Shown here: positions 1 through 9,031 of the stretch, one piece after another
How the letters are laid out: each line of letters begins with the position of its first letter
Numbering within the stretch: the stretch's first letter is position 1
Virus record (IMG/VR): IMGVR_UViG_2795386107_000001
Span: 1 to 64,000 of that record
Strand: one strand, 5' to 3'
From: a virus
Lineage: Duplodnaviria > Caudoviricetes
Length of the DNA: 64,000 nt
Made by a program: the position numbers and the translations under genes
Notes under the pieces: generated by a model
What the model was told of the DNA's origin: nothing
The model's input: only the letters and a program-made list of their open reading frames with translations
The model's database searches: none

Positions 1-1239
1 TCACGCCGCGACAGACTCGGCGGGCTGCGACGGCCGCGCCGTGAGGCCAGCGGCGATGGCGCCGTGCGTGTCCGCGTGGTCCCGCAGGAGGTGGCTGTAC
101 GTCCGGCGCAGCTCCTCGACGGAGTCACCGACCCACGCCGCCACGGTGTGCTCCGGGATTCCGTTCTGAAGGCACGTGGAGATGAAGGTGTGCCGCAGGT
201 CATGGAACGTGGGGAGCTTCCCCTCCTCGTCCTTGATCCCCAGCTTCCGCAGCGTGGGCTTCCACGCGTCGTCGTTGAAGTGGTTCCGGCAGATGAGGTT
301 GTTGCGCGCGCTCCAGAACAGGGCGCGTGCCGTGCCGCGCTTGCACTCGGTGAGCGTCTTCTTGTGCTCCCACAGGACGTTCTGGGTGACCCGCGGCGGC
401 TGCCGCTCCATGAACTCCTCCAGGGCGTCCACCAGGTACGGCGGCATCGGGACGTCTTTGGTGTTCAGGCGCGGGCTCGTCTTGAGCCTGTCGACGAGCG
501 TGGGGCTGTAGCGGGTCTCCTTGGTCCGGAGGATCTGCCGGCGCACGGTGAGCAGCTTGCTGTCCGTGTCGATGACGTCCTCGCACACGGCCAGGGCCTC
601 TGCTTGGCGGAGTCCGCACGCGAACCCGAGCATGGGTATGAGGCGGTACCGCTTGGGAAACTCGTCGTAGATCGCCCAGCACTCGGCCGGGCTGAAGACG
701 TAGGAGGTCGACTCGGCGACGTAGGGCCCGTCTACCTCGTACGTGGGGTTGGATGCGATCTTTCCGTTCTGGAGGGCGTCCTTGAGGATCATCTTGAAGA
801 CCTTCCAGTGCCCCTCCGCGGTGGAGTTGGCGAGGTCTTTGTTGGCCTCCATCTCCTGTACCCACGCCTCGACTTGGGCCTTCCTGATGGTGCGAAGGCG
901 CTTGCTTCCCCAGCGGGGGTTGAGGTGGACGCGGACGGCGGACTCGTAGCTGGCGACGCTGATCTCCTTGGCGCGTCGTCGGCCCAGCCAGTCGGCTGCC
1001 CATTGCTTGAAGGTGAGGTTCGTTTCGACGGGCTCGGGGGTTGCGCCGGGGGCCATTCCGTCGAGGATCGCTTGTGCTTGAGCCTGCGTCAGGCCGACTG
1101 ATTCGGGGATCGTCGCGCGCGTGCGGCTGCCTTCGTCAGTCGTGCGGTTGTAGGACCAACTATGGCCGCACCCGCCCTTCTTCGGCCTGTTCTGGTCAGG
1201 GCAGTCGCACCTTTTGTAGACAGTGGGCTTGCGTGCCAC
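1..1239 (-). CDS. int: Tyrosine integrase
   Basis: Catalytic motifs GLRQAE, LKT, FHDLRH, RTYSH; N-terminal binding region TFKQWAADWL; GTG start. Confidence 0.95.
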   Translation of the reverse strand: MARKPTVYKRCDCPDQNRPKKGGCGHSWSYNRTTDEGSRTRATIPESVGLTQAQAQAILDGMAPGATPEPVETNLTFKQWAADWLGRRRAKEISVASYESAVRVHLNPRWGSKRLRTIRKAQVEAWVQEMEANKDLANSTAEGHWKVFKMILKDALQNGKIASNPTYEVDGPYVAESTSYVFSPAECWAIYDEFPKRYRLIPMLGFACGLRQAEALAVCEDVIDTDSKLLTVRRQILRTKETRYSPTLVDRLKTSPRLNTKDVPMPPYLVDALEEFMERQPPRVTQNVLWEHKKTLTECKRGTARALFWSARNNLICRNHFNDDAWKPTLRKLGIKDEEGKLPTFHDLRHTFISTCLQNGIPEHTVAAWVGDSVEELRRTYSHLLRDHADTHGAIAAGLTARPSQPAESVAA

Positions 1240-1404
1240 GGGACGCCTTTCGCGATCTTGGTCGTTTCTCAGGTGACTCCCTGGCCAGGGGAGTTGGACT
1301 GTACGTAGGCGTAGCCATGGCAGGTCAAGTCGTTGCGTCAGAGGCTGTGTCGTCGGCGAGGGCCCTGTATTCGCAGCTATAACTCACGTGCCGGCGCCAG
1401 ATCT

Positions 1405-1590
1405 TCATTCCGTGCGCGCGTCTAGCCATGCCTCGAAATCGCGCTCCCGTACGCGGAGAATTCGATCGCTGATGCGCACGACGGGGATGTCCCAAGTTCT
1501 GTAGTTGTCGAGCACCGTGCGCTTTGGGACTTCCATGCGCTCGGCAATCGTCTCGAAACTCAGCAATGTATTTGAACCGCCGCGAGCCAT
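1405..1590 (-). CDS. xis: Excisionase / HTH DNA-binding protein
   Basis: 61 aa with xis-like pattern LLSFETIAERMEV...IPVVRI..RILRVRERDFEAWL, directly upstream of int. Confidence 0.8.
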   Translation of the reverse strand: MARGGSNTLLSFETIAERMEVPKRTVLDNYRTWDIPVVRISDRILRVRERDFEAWLDARTE

Positions 1591-1674
1591 GGTCGTCCTT
1601 GTTCATCCGTAGGTGCCCCCGGGCGGACTGTTCCGGCCGGATGGAGCCGGTTGTGTTCAGTCCGGCACCGGTAA

Positions 1675-1704
1675 GTACGTGGATCGCCGAAATCTGTTAC
1701 ACCT
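1675..1704 (-). promoter_or_regulatory. Putative ECF-sigma promoter for xis-int (AGGTGTAAC-N16-CGTAC)
   Basis: Minus strand aggtgtaac-agatttcggcgatcca-cgtac; near-identical element at 7967-7996. Confidence 0.7.
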
Positions 1705-2060
1705 GTGGAGGCGTAGGGCGCCTGCAGGGGCCTGGCGCGGCTCCGGGGTGCCCGTCGGGTCGGTCCTCGGCGACGAGACCGTTGGCGTCTGGAGGCTGGC
1801 GTTTGGTGGCCGCGCGTCACGAGCGACGCTGATCGAGCAGTGTGGGCGGGCGTGTGGTGCCAGGAGTCTGGCTGTGCGGCAGGTTGGTGAGTGGCGCGCG
1901 GTATCGCAGGCCTGTTCGATGCGATCCGTAAAGGATTGGTTATGCTGCCTCAGCGCCGCATCGGAACGTGATCGTCCGTTGGTGGGGGAACTGGGAAGGT
2001 GGGCCCGAGTGCGGCGTCGTAGCTGATCAACACAGCACCGGCTTGGGGGGATAACACGCC

Positions 2061-2729
2061 GTGACCGACACTCTGGAGGCACTGGTCGCACGCGCCGCAG
2101 CAGGCGGGGACGACGGGGCTGACGCCATTGGGGCGTTGTACGACGAACTGAATGACACCGTGTACCACTGGGTGCGGTTCTACATCCGGGACGGGCACTT
2201 CGCGGAAGACCTTTGTCAGGAAGTGTGGCTGAAGGTCGCTCAGAACATCGGTAAGTACCGCGCGGGGACGAGTCTGCTGGCTTGGCTGCGCACGATCACG
2301 AAGAACACCGCGCTTGATCACCTGCGCTCGGTGCAGAGGCGGCCCTCGGAAGTGCTGTACGCCGATCATCTTGAGCTCGACCGGCCGCGCTTTGACCAGA
2401 GCCCGGAGGAGCACGCTGAGCGGCGGGCACTGGCTGAGGCCGTTGCCGCCCGCATGCAGAAGTTGCGACCTGAGCAGCGCGAGGTCCTGATCCTGCGGTT
2501 CTTCGACGGGCTGACCCCTGGCCAAACCGCGGAGATCATGGGGAAGAGCGACGGCGCGGTCCGTACCCTCACGGTACGAGCCCTACGCAAACTCGCCGAA
2601 GTCATGCCGGCCGGGCAGTCGTCTCCCCAGCTGATCGAGGAACTGCTGACGGCGGTAGCGGGCAGAAATAGGGTTGTCGGAACACGGGCAGAGACACGAG
2701 AGGCGAGGGCGCATGTCGCGACGCGCTGA
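2061..2729 (+). CDS. ECF RNA polymerase sigma factor, BldN-like
   Basis: Region 2 (LYDELNDTVY, AEDLCQEVW, AWLRTITKN..DH) and region 4 (LRPEQREVLILRFFDGL...TAEIMGKSDGAVRTL..RALRKL). Confidence 0.92.
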   Translation: MTDTLEALVARAAAGGDDGADAIGALYDELNDTVYHWVRFYIRDGHFAEDLCQEVWLKVAQNIGKYRAGTSLLAWLRTITKNTALDHLRSVQRRPSEVLYADHLELDRPRFDQSPEEHAERRALAEAVAARMQKLRPEQREVLILRFFDGLTPGQTAEIMGKSDGAVRTLTVRALRKLAEVMPAGQSSPQLIEELLTAVAGRNRVVGTRAETREARAHVATR

Positions 2730-3099
2730 GCAGAGCGAGCGCCTAGAGCGGGCGCTGGATGGCGGGCCCACCCCTCACGATGAGGAGACCCGCGAGATGT
2801 TGGCCGCCGCGGGTGCGCTGCGGCCCGGTTATCAACGCAGCCCTTCGCGGGTGCGCGATGCGAAGGAAGCGATGCTTCGCGAGTTCGCGCGCGTCCAGAA
2901 CCCGCAGGAGGCGCGGGAAGACGCCGGATCGGGTGACGGCCTGGATGAGCCGAAGCTCCATCGTGAGGAGATCGAACTTCCCGATGGTGCTCAGCTCGTC
3001 CTCACCGACATCGAAGACATCACGCCTGAGCGTGCCGAGAAGACGGCCGCGCGTATCGCTCGGATCTTGAACACCAGGGAAAGGGACCGCCAGAGTTGA
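2713..3099 (+). CDS. Putative anti-sigma factor / hypothetical protein
   Basis: ATG at 2713 overlaps the 3' end of the sigma gene; helical N-terminus RRAEQSERLERALD loosely reminiscent of RsbN-type anti-sigma N-termini. Confidence 0.55.
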   Translation: MSRRAEQSERLERALDGGPTPHDEETREMLAAAGALRPGYQRSPSRVRDAKEAMLREFARVQNPQEAREDAGSGDGLDEPKLHREEIELPDGAQLVLTDIEDITPERAEKTAARIARILNTRERDRQS

Positions 3100-3139
3100 G
3101 CAGCGCAACATCCGGGGGCCTCGGCAGCTGGGGTCAGTC

Positions 3140-4753
3140 GTGACCGAGTCACAGCCTCGCGTCCGAATCCACATCCTGACCCCCGAGGACGAGGACGACG
3201 CAGAGCTCACCGACCTGGGACTTGTCAACCTGGGGGGTGAACGCCTCCTGTTCTTGAAGCCCCAGAGTTTCGACTCTGCCGTACGGCAGGTGCGGTCTGC
3301 GTTGCCTGATCTCCCACTGGAGCAGGTCGAACGCTTGGTCCGTGAGCACCCGGAGTTCAAGGACTTCGGTGAACTGCTGGGAACCGTCAAGACAGCTCCA
3401 CCACTCGACATCACCCCCATGCCCGACGAGCCCCTCTTGCCCGGACGCCCTCGCGGCCGAGCGAGGCGGTGGGTAATCGCTGCGGCGTTGGTGCCTGCAC
3501 TCGCAAGCAGTTGGGCGCTGGGCTACCTCACCGCCGGCAGCCCAGCAGGAACCTCAGCGAGTGCTCCGGACAAGAGCTCGTCGCCGAGTCCTTCCGGTGC
3601 CTCGGTCGGGCAGTCTTCGGTGAAGCCGTTCGTCGGCTCGGAGTTTCTGGACTTCTCCGAGGCTGGCCAGATCGACTGCAAGCCGATCGCCAATCTCGAG
3701 GCAGAGTGCACGGACGCTGACGGCATGGTGATGGCAAGCAAGGCGGCCATCGGACCGGACAGCACGATCTTCACCTTCTCGTACGGCGCAGAGCGCATAG
3801 GACTGAGGATCTTCGCAGACAAGGACTATGCGAAGACGTGGGTCCGGCAGGACGGCACGACGGAGCTGTACCCCAACCTCTCCCGATCCGGCCGGTACGT
3901 GCTCTGGGGCACGGACAAGGGGCGGTTGTCGGAGTACACGGACTTGATCCAAGACACGGAAGCCAACTCGTCGGCGAAAACGAACGTGTCGGGCATGGCA
4001 GCGCCGCTCCCGCCTCGTCTGGCCGCGCTCACCCTAGGTACGTTGGGGCTGGACAGGCAGGACGTGGAGACCATCCTGTACTCGCCGCACAGCGCGGCGG
4101 TTGACGAACAGGTTCTCCTGGCCGCGCAGTCAGTGCTCGGCGTCCAAACCACCGCCCCGCGGTTCACGGGCGGCGACGACATAGTGGCGATCGCTGCTGG
4201 TCTTGATCAGCCGCCCGTGGTGTCCCTGCCTGTGCACACTGCGGACATGGAGCCCCCGGTTGTGCCTGTGGTGGACGGCGGCACTGCTTCCCCTCCGACA
4301 GCGAGTACGGAAGGGACGCAGCCAGCTCCTACGACCACCACCCCGTCGACGGAGCCGAGCACCCCGACAGACCCGACGGAGCCGTCCACCGGGGACACGA
4401 CGCCGAGTGAGCCTCCCGCAGAGACGACTCCCACGGCCTCGGAGCCGTCGGACCTTCCGGCCACCGACCCGGTAGAGGAGACGCCGACTGCTCCCGTCGA
4501 GGAGACCCCGGTCCCGGCCGACGAGACGCCGACCACCCCGGTCGAGGAAACCCCGGCGCCCGCGGAGACACCGGCCGCTCCCGCCGAGGAGACGCCCGCG
4601 CCTGTCGAGGACACGCCCGCCCCGATCGAAACGCCTACAGAAGGCGCCGAGCCTCCCGGGCAGGCGGTAACTCCGCCCGTGGACACCACGGACCAGGTCG
4701 ACGATGGCGACCTGCTCATCCTGGACTCCGCCTGGACCGTCGCTGCGGCCTGA
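3140..4753 (+). CDS. Membrane-anchored protein with Pro/Thr/Glu-rich repeat stalk
   Basis: TM segment WVIAAALVPALASSWALGYL after basic RRARR-type residues; C-terminal (V/A)EETPxxP repeats. Confidence 0.75.
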   Translation: MTESQPRVRIHILTPEDEDDAELTDLGLVNLGGERLLFLKPQSFDSAVRQVRSALPDLPLEQVERLVREHPEFKDFGELLGTVKTAPPLDITPMPDEPLLPGRPRGRARRWVIAAALVPALASSWALGYLTAGSPAGTSASAPDKSSSPSPSGASVGQSSVKPFVGSEFLDFSEAGQIDCKPIANLEAECTDADGMVMASKAAIGPDSTIFTFSYGAERIGLRIFADKDYAKTWVRQDGTTELYPNLSRSGRYVLWGTDKGRLSEYTDLIQDTEANSSAKTNVSGMAAPLPPRLAALTLGTLGLDRQDVETILYSPHSAAVDEQVLLAAQSVLGVQTTAPRFTGGDDIVAIAAGLDQPPVVSLPVHTADMEPPVVPVVDGGTASPPTASTEGTQPAPTTTTPSTEPSTPTDPTEPSTGDTTPSEPPAETTPTASEPSDLPATDPVEETPTAPVEETPVPADETPTTPVEETPAPAETPAAPAEETPAPVEDTPAPIETPTEGAEPPGQAVTPPVDTTDQVDDGDLLILDSAWTVAAA

Positions 4754-4760
4754 ACAACCC

Positions 4761-4794
4761 CGAGGGGCCCCGGACATCAGCCCGGGGCCCCTCG
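4761..4794. terminator. Bidirectional hairpin terminator between convergent genes
   Basis: cgaggggccccgg-N8-ccggggcccctcg, perfect 13-bp stem. Confidence 0.8.
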
Positions 4795-4806
4795 AGTGCG
4801 TAGCGG

Positions 4807-5262
4807 TCAGAACGGCGGATCTTCAGGCGCTGGTCCCGCCCACGGGTCATCGGCAGCGGGCCGCCCCTGCGCCGCGGCCGCCGGGCGCTGTGCGCCGCCT
4901 CCGGTCTTGGTGACCTTCGCGGTGGCGTTGCGCAGGCTCGCGCCGACCTCTTCGACGTCCAGCTCGAACACGGTGCGCTTGACGCCCTCACGGTCCTCGT
5001 AGGACCGCTGCTTGAGGCGCCCCTGAACGATGACGCGCATACCGCGCTGCAGGGACTCGGCAACGTTCTCGGCTGCCTGCCGCCACACAGCGCAGGTCAG
5101 GAACAGGCTCTCGCCGTCCTTCCACTCGTTGGTCTGCCGGTCGAAGGTGCGGGGAGCCGAAGCGACACGGAACTTCGCGACCGCGGCGCCGGAGGGAGTG
5201 AAGCGAAGTTCGGGGTCGTCGACCAGGTTGCCGATGACGGTGATGACGGTCTCGCCTGCCAC
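4807..5262 (-). CDS. ssb: Single-stranded DNA-binding protein
   Basis: [34 protein letters not shown], typical actinobacterial SSB; acidic C-terminal EDPPF. Confidence 0.97.
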   Translation of the reverse strand: MAGETVITVIGNLVDDPELRFTPSGAAVAKFRVASAPRTFDRQTNEWKDGESLFLTCAVWRQAAENVAESLQRGMRVIVQGRLKQRSYEDREGVKRTVFELDVEEVGASLRNATAKVTKTGGGAQRPAAAAQGRPAADDPWAGPAPEDPPF

Positions 5263-5317
5263 GGGCGGGCCTTTCAGGAGTCGGGGGCCGGCCCGCGGGT
5301 GCGGGCTGGCCGAGGGG

Positions 5318-6235
5318 TCAGGAGAACAGAAGGCGCCAGGTCAGCGGCCCGGGGATACCGTCCGCGTCGCCCCGCAGCTCCGCGCGGGAGAGCTGGAAGT
5401 CACGGACGTTCAGCCGGTCCGCCTCGCCCCACTTCGGCCCGGGGCCGGAGGTGTAGTGCTTGCCGTAGCCCTTCCGGACGAGCTGCTGCCCGAGCAGGGT
5501 GATGCTCGCGTTGGACTTGCCGGGCCCGAACTTGTCGGCGCCGGGGAAGGGCGGTGCGGGCTTCGGGGTGGGCTTGGTGGTGGAGCCGCCGGTCGAACCG
5601 CCCTTGAGGGCCGCGGCCTTCGTCTTCGCCCTCGCCAGGATCGCGGTGATGTCGATGTCACCAGGATCGCCGTGCACGTTCTCCGGGGGGTGCTGGTGGC
5701 CGCACACGCCGGAGAAGCCCCGCCACTCGGCGAAGGTCATCCGCGCCTTGCTGTTGCCGTACGAGGCCGGGTAGGGAAGCCACTCGCCCGGCGCCTTCAG
5801 AGGGACGCCGTTCTTGACGTTCTGCCAGGCCAGGAAGTCGGCGAGGTCGTCGAGCGCCCAGTCCGGGGCGTCCGGCCAGTAGATGTAGTGCACGCCCGCC
5901 TGCAGCTTGCCCCAGGTCTTGCGGTGCGCGGGGTCGCAGGTGCCGACGAGTTCGACCTGGACGACGTCGTCGGTGTTGGTCTCCACGCCGCCGGCCTTGT
6001 TGACCAGAGCCCGCGCGGAGCGGTCGAACGCGTAGTGCTGGTACCAGTCCAGCCGCTTCTTGTCGAAGTTCGGCTTCGCCGTGATGTTCGGCGCGACGGC
6101 GCCCTTGGAGTAGTCGACGAGGGTGGTGCCCTCGGTGGTGTGCAGGAGGACCTTGTCAGGGTCCATCAGGTCACCCTTGTAGCTCCCCGAGAAGTCGTAC
6201 GCGCGGCTGGCGCCCGGGTAGTAGGTGGTGGTCAC
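5318..6235 (-). CDS. Endolysin (amidase-2-like domain + peptidoglycan-binding domain)
   Basis: LLHTTEG, VQVELVG, CGHQH.PEN.HGDPG motifs; C-terminal [13 protein letters not shown]-binding motif; GTG start at 6235 with GGAGG RBS. Confidence 0.9.
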   Translation of the reverse strand: MTTTYYPGASRAYDFSGSYKGDLMDPDKVLLHTTEGTTLVDYSKGAVAPNITAKPNFDKKRLDWYQHYAFDRSARALVNKAGGVETNTDDVVQVELVGTCDPAHRKTWGKLQAGVHYIYWPDAPDWALDDLADFLAWQNVKNGVPLKAPGEWLPYPASYGNSKARMTFAEWRGFSGVCGHQHPPENVHGDPGDIDITAILARAKTKAAALKGGSTGGSTTKPTPKPAPPFPGADKFGPGKSNASITLLGQQLVRKGYGKHYTSGPGPKWGEADRLNVRDFQLSRAELRGDADGIPGPLTWRLLFS

Positions 6236-6272
6236 GGTGCTTTCCTCCAGTGCTGGTGAGCAGGGAGGGAGC

Positions 6273-6303
6273 ACCGTGCAAGGCGGTGGGGGTTAACGTC
6301 GCG
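6273..6303 (-). promoter_or_regulatory. Late-type promoter motif before endolysin
   Basis: CGCGACGTTAA-N14-CACGGT. Confidence 0.7.
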
Positions 6304-6358
6304 CCGTGGAAATGACGGTGATCCCGGCGGTGACCGGGGCCGTCCATCAGGGGTGTGG

Positions 6359-6997
6359 TCAGTCGACGACCTCGGCGTCGACGACGCTGCCGTCCTCCAG
6401 CTCCGGCGGGTACTCGACGGCGAACAGGCTCTTGTCCAGGCGCTCGGCGAGCGCGGACAGATCGACAGGTTGCTCGTCGGCGCCGATCGGTGCGCCGAGT
6501 CCTGTGATCTCGACGGCCACCACGGCGTCCTTGCCGTAGTGCTCGCGGTGCTGCCGCTCGAGGTACCAGGCGTCCGCGCGCCAGTCTGGGGAGGTGCGGT
6601 CCTCGACGGTCTCCTCGACGATCTCGCCGGTGACGGAGTCGCGAAACCGGCGTGTGGTGACCTTGGTGACGATTCCGCCGTCCGCGACCCTGCGGATGTT
6701 GGCCATGGCCCGCGCGGCCGCGGTGGCGCGCGCGGTGCGGACCTTCTCGTACAGGGCGGCGTACTCCTCCAACTCCGGGTCGGGGGCCTCGCCTGCGTCG
6801 CGGGCCTCGATCTCGGCGCGGCCCTCGGCCATCCACCGGAGGAAGGTGGTGCGGGAGATCCCGGCCATCTCCGCGGCCAACTCGACGGCGACGCCTGTGC
6901 GGGAGGCCGCGACGAGCCGCTGCTCGACCTCTTCGGAGAGCAGGCGTGGGCGGCCGCCGCGGCTACTGGGCCGGCGGGCCTTGCGTCGAGTGGACAT
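6359..6997 (-). CDS. Terminase small subunit-like HTH protein
   Basis: GGRPRLL...AAEMAGISRTTFLRW HTH and DWRADAWYLER.H.E.YG motif typical of TerS-like proteins. Confidence 0.65.
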   Translation of the reverse strand: MSTRRKARRPSSRGGRPRLLSEEVEQRLVAASRTGVAVELAAEMAGISRTTFLRWMAEGRAEIEARDAGEAPDPELEEYAALYEKVRTARATAAARAMANIRRVADGGIVTKVTTRRFRDSVTGEIVEETVEDRTSPDWRADAWYLERQHREHYGKDAVVAVEITGLGAPIGADEQPVDLSALAERLDKSLFAVEYPPELEDGSVVDAEVVD

Positions 6998-7017
6998 GGG
7001 CGGACCTCTGCGACGGG

Positions 7018-7650
7018 TCAGCGGCCGGTGTTGAACATGTGGCCGCAGGCAGGGCAGGTGGTGTGTGCGGCGCGGCCGTCGTCGTCAGGGCTGAGGCTGG
7101 CCCCGTCGCCGTCGTCGGGCAGGTGGAGGGTGGGCGGTTCGTCTTCGCGGATGCCGCCGGGCAGGGTCTCGGGGTCGACCTGGCCGAGGAGCTTGTCGAG
7201 TTCGTCGTACGGGATGGCGAGGGAGTCGAACAGCTCCATCTCGTTGGTGGCCAGGTCCTCGAGGATCGCGGCGAACTCGCGGGGGTCCCAGCCGCCTTCG
7301 CCGGGGAGCCGGTTGAGCTTGATGGCCAGGGCCTCGGCCTCGGCGTCGGACTTGGAGGACCAGCCGCGCAGCAGGGGGACGAGCCATCCGCCGTCCTCGT
7401 CGAGGACGACGCCGCCCGGCAGGGGCATTCCGCGGTTCTGCATCTCTATCAGGGCCTCGCGGCGGCCGTGGCCGTGCAGGACGCATTGGGTCCGCTCGTC
7501 GGCGACGGGGACTTCGACCAGGCCGTGCATGCGGATCGCGTCGATGAGGAGTTCCAGCTCGTGCCGCTTGGGGTTTCGCGGCGCCGGCGTGAGGTTGGTG
7601 AGCGGCACGTACGCGATGAAGCGCGGCGGTTGAGCGATCGTCTCGGTCAC
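7018..7650 (-). CDS. ParB N-terminal-like domain protein with C-terminal Cys knuckle
   Basis: LTPAPRNPKRH...IRMHGLVEVPV...LHGHGRREAL; C-terminal CPACGH. Confidence 0.8.
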   Translation of the reverse strand: MTETIAQPPRFIAYVPLTNLTPAPRNPKRHELELLIDAIRMHGLVEVPVADERTQCVLHGHGRREALIEMQNRGMPLPGGVVLDEDGGWLVPLLRGWSSKSDAEAEALAIKLNRLPGEGGWDPREFAAILEDLATNEMELFDSLAIPYDELDKLLGQVDPETLPGGIREDEPPTLHLPDDGDGASLSPDDDGRAAHTTCPACGHMFNTGR

Positions 7651-7672
7651 GGCTGGTGCGGTCCTCTCCCAT

Positions 7673-7788
7673 GCGTCGGTACCGGCGGCGGGTGAGGACT
7701 GCGAGCCCGCGGACTCCTACCGCGGCGCCCCGCCTCGCAAGCGGGACATGCCGTCATGGCCGGTCCTCGCCCGCTGCCGGGCCGGCGC
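7673..7788. other. Structured leader element (28-bp stem enclosing 2-3 hairpins)
   Basis: 7673-7701 pairs with 7761-7788 (G-U pairs on + strand); inner ccgcgg/ccgcgg and cccgc/gcggg hairpins. Confidence 0.55.
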
Positions 7789-7867
7789 TGCCCTCGTTCC
7801 GGTTGGGGTGGCGCCGGAGCTCCACCGGCTCCCGGTGACGTCGCCAGAAGTGGTAGGGCCGCGGGGG

Positions 7868-7897
7868 AACGTAGGTAGACACGCCTCTTGCGTCGCG
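7868..7897 (-). promoter_or_regulatory. Late-type promoter motif before parB-like/terS-like genes
   Basis: CGCGACGCAAG-N13-TACGTT. Confidence 0.6.
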
Positions 7898-7911
7898 TTC
7901 TACACACGCGA

Positions 7912-7928
7912 GTCTCATTGCTGTACTA
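7912..7928 (+). promoter_or_regulatory. 17-bp operator-like site, copy 1
   Basis: gtctcattgctgtacta; exact reverse complement at 12725-12741. Confidence 0.65.
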
Positions 7929-7966
7929 TCGACGTGGCTGGGAGAGCGACCCAGCTACCTGGGCCT

Positions 7967-7996
7967 AGGTGTAACAAAAATCGGCGGCTGTCGTAC
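7967..7996 (+). promoter_or_regulatory. Putative ECF-sigma promoter for the replication operon
   Basis: aggtgtaac-aaaaatcggcggctgt-cgtac (N16 spacer). Confidence 0.7.
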
Positions 7997-8083
7997 CTCC
8001 ATGCGACGCCCCGAGACGCCCCGCCCGGGACAGCCCTAAACCCCTGGCCCTTTGGCGTCCGGGGAAATGGAAGGAAGCACCGC

Positions 8084-8683
8084 ATGGCGAACGGCGCCAC
8101 CGAGGAAACTCGGGCCGGTCAGTCAGTTGAGCCGCCTCTCTCAGAGGTTGGCCTCGTCGGGGCCCTCGCCCGTCTCCTGAACGAGCGGACCGCAAGGATC
8201 ATCAAGCCGCGGGTGGACGCGCCGAAGGCGCGCCTGATCAAGGCGTACGAGGGCGGGCAGTCCGAGCTTGTTGTCCGAGTCGGTGACGACGTCATCGGCC
8301 GTTACAAGGTGAACGTGGCGCAGCCGAAGGTCGTTGTGGACCCTGACAACGAAGACGCGTTGAACGCCTACGCCGACGAGCACGGCGGCACCGAGGTCGT
8401 CATCCGTCGAAACGCAAAGTGGGAAGAGGCCCTGCTCAAGTACGCGGAGTACGACGAAGAGACGGGCAAGATCGTCGATTCCCGCACTGGCGAGTTCGTC
8501 CCTGGTCTCAAGTACGAGAAGGGCGGGGAGCCCACAGGGAGCCTGACCTTTACGTGGGAGCAGAAGGACGTCGGCAGGAAGCGGCTGATGCGCCACTACC
8601 AGGACGGCACACTGAACCACCTCCTGGGTGAGACGCCGGAGTTGATGGCCGGCCCCCGGCCCGCCGCCGACGACCAGCGCTGA
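8084..8683 (+). CDS. Hypothetical phage protein
   Basis: ATG at 8084 after GGAAGG RBS; normal composition; first gene of a coupled operon. Confidence 0.75.
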   Translation: MANGATEETRAGQSVEPPLSEVGLVGALARLLNERTARIIKPRVDAPKARLIKAYEGGQSELVVRVGDDVIGRYKVNVAQPKVVVDPDNEDALNAYADEHGGTEVVIRRNAKWEEALLKYAEYDEETGKIVDSRTGEFVPGLKYEKGGEPTGSLTFTWEQKDVGRKRLMRHYQDGTLNHLLGETPELMAGPRPAADDQR

Positions 8684-8737
8684 CCGCCTCGGGCCTGGCC
8701 TCCCATGGCCAGGTCCCGCTCTCCCCAAGGGACACCA

Positions 8738-9031
8738 ATGACCACTCCCTCTGACGTGATGGCGCCTGCGCTTGCCAGCGGTATATCTGATCGTGCGTTC
8801 CGAGTCCTTCACGTTCTGGCCCTGCACATGGATCACGGATGGGTCTCCATCCCGCCCATTGCTGAACTCCTCGGGATGACCCCCCATCAGATCCGTCTTC
8901 CGCTCGCCGAACTGCGTGCGGCAGGCATGGTCGAGCACGACCGCCGCTACGAGACTGGCGACACGGGTCGCAAGACGTGGCACACGTACGTCCGCCTCGC
9001 CGACGACACGCCCGCCGAGGCCGCTGCATGA
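8738..9031 (+). CDS. Winged-HTH DNA-binding protein
   Basis: ISDRAFRVL...SIPPIAELLGMTPHQIRLPLAELRAAGMVE; ATGA overlap with next gene. Confidence 0.8.
   Translation: MTTPSDVMAPALASGISDRAFRVLHVLALHMDHGWVSIPPIAELLGMTPHQIRLPLAELRAAGMVEHDRRYETGDTGRKTWHTYVRLADDTPAEAAA

Noticed and set aside
100-140. Integrase inactivation because LGH reads VGD
   Set aside because: The other catalytic residues (R, K, HxxR, Y) are intact and this position varies among tyrosine recombinases
1591-2060. Repressor gene between xis and sigma
   Set aside because: Candidate ORFs (1560-1820, 1613-2026, 1657-2091) lack HTH features and RBS; treated as regulatory DNA
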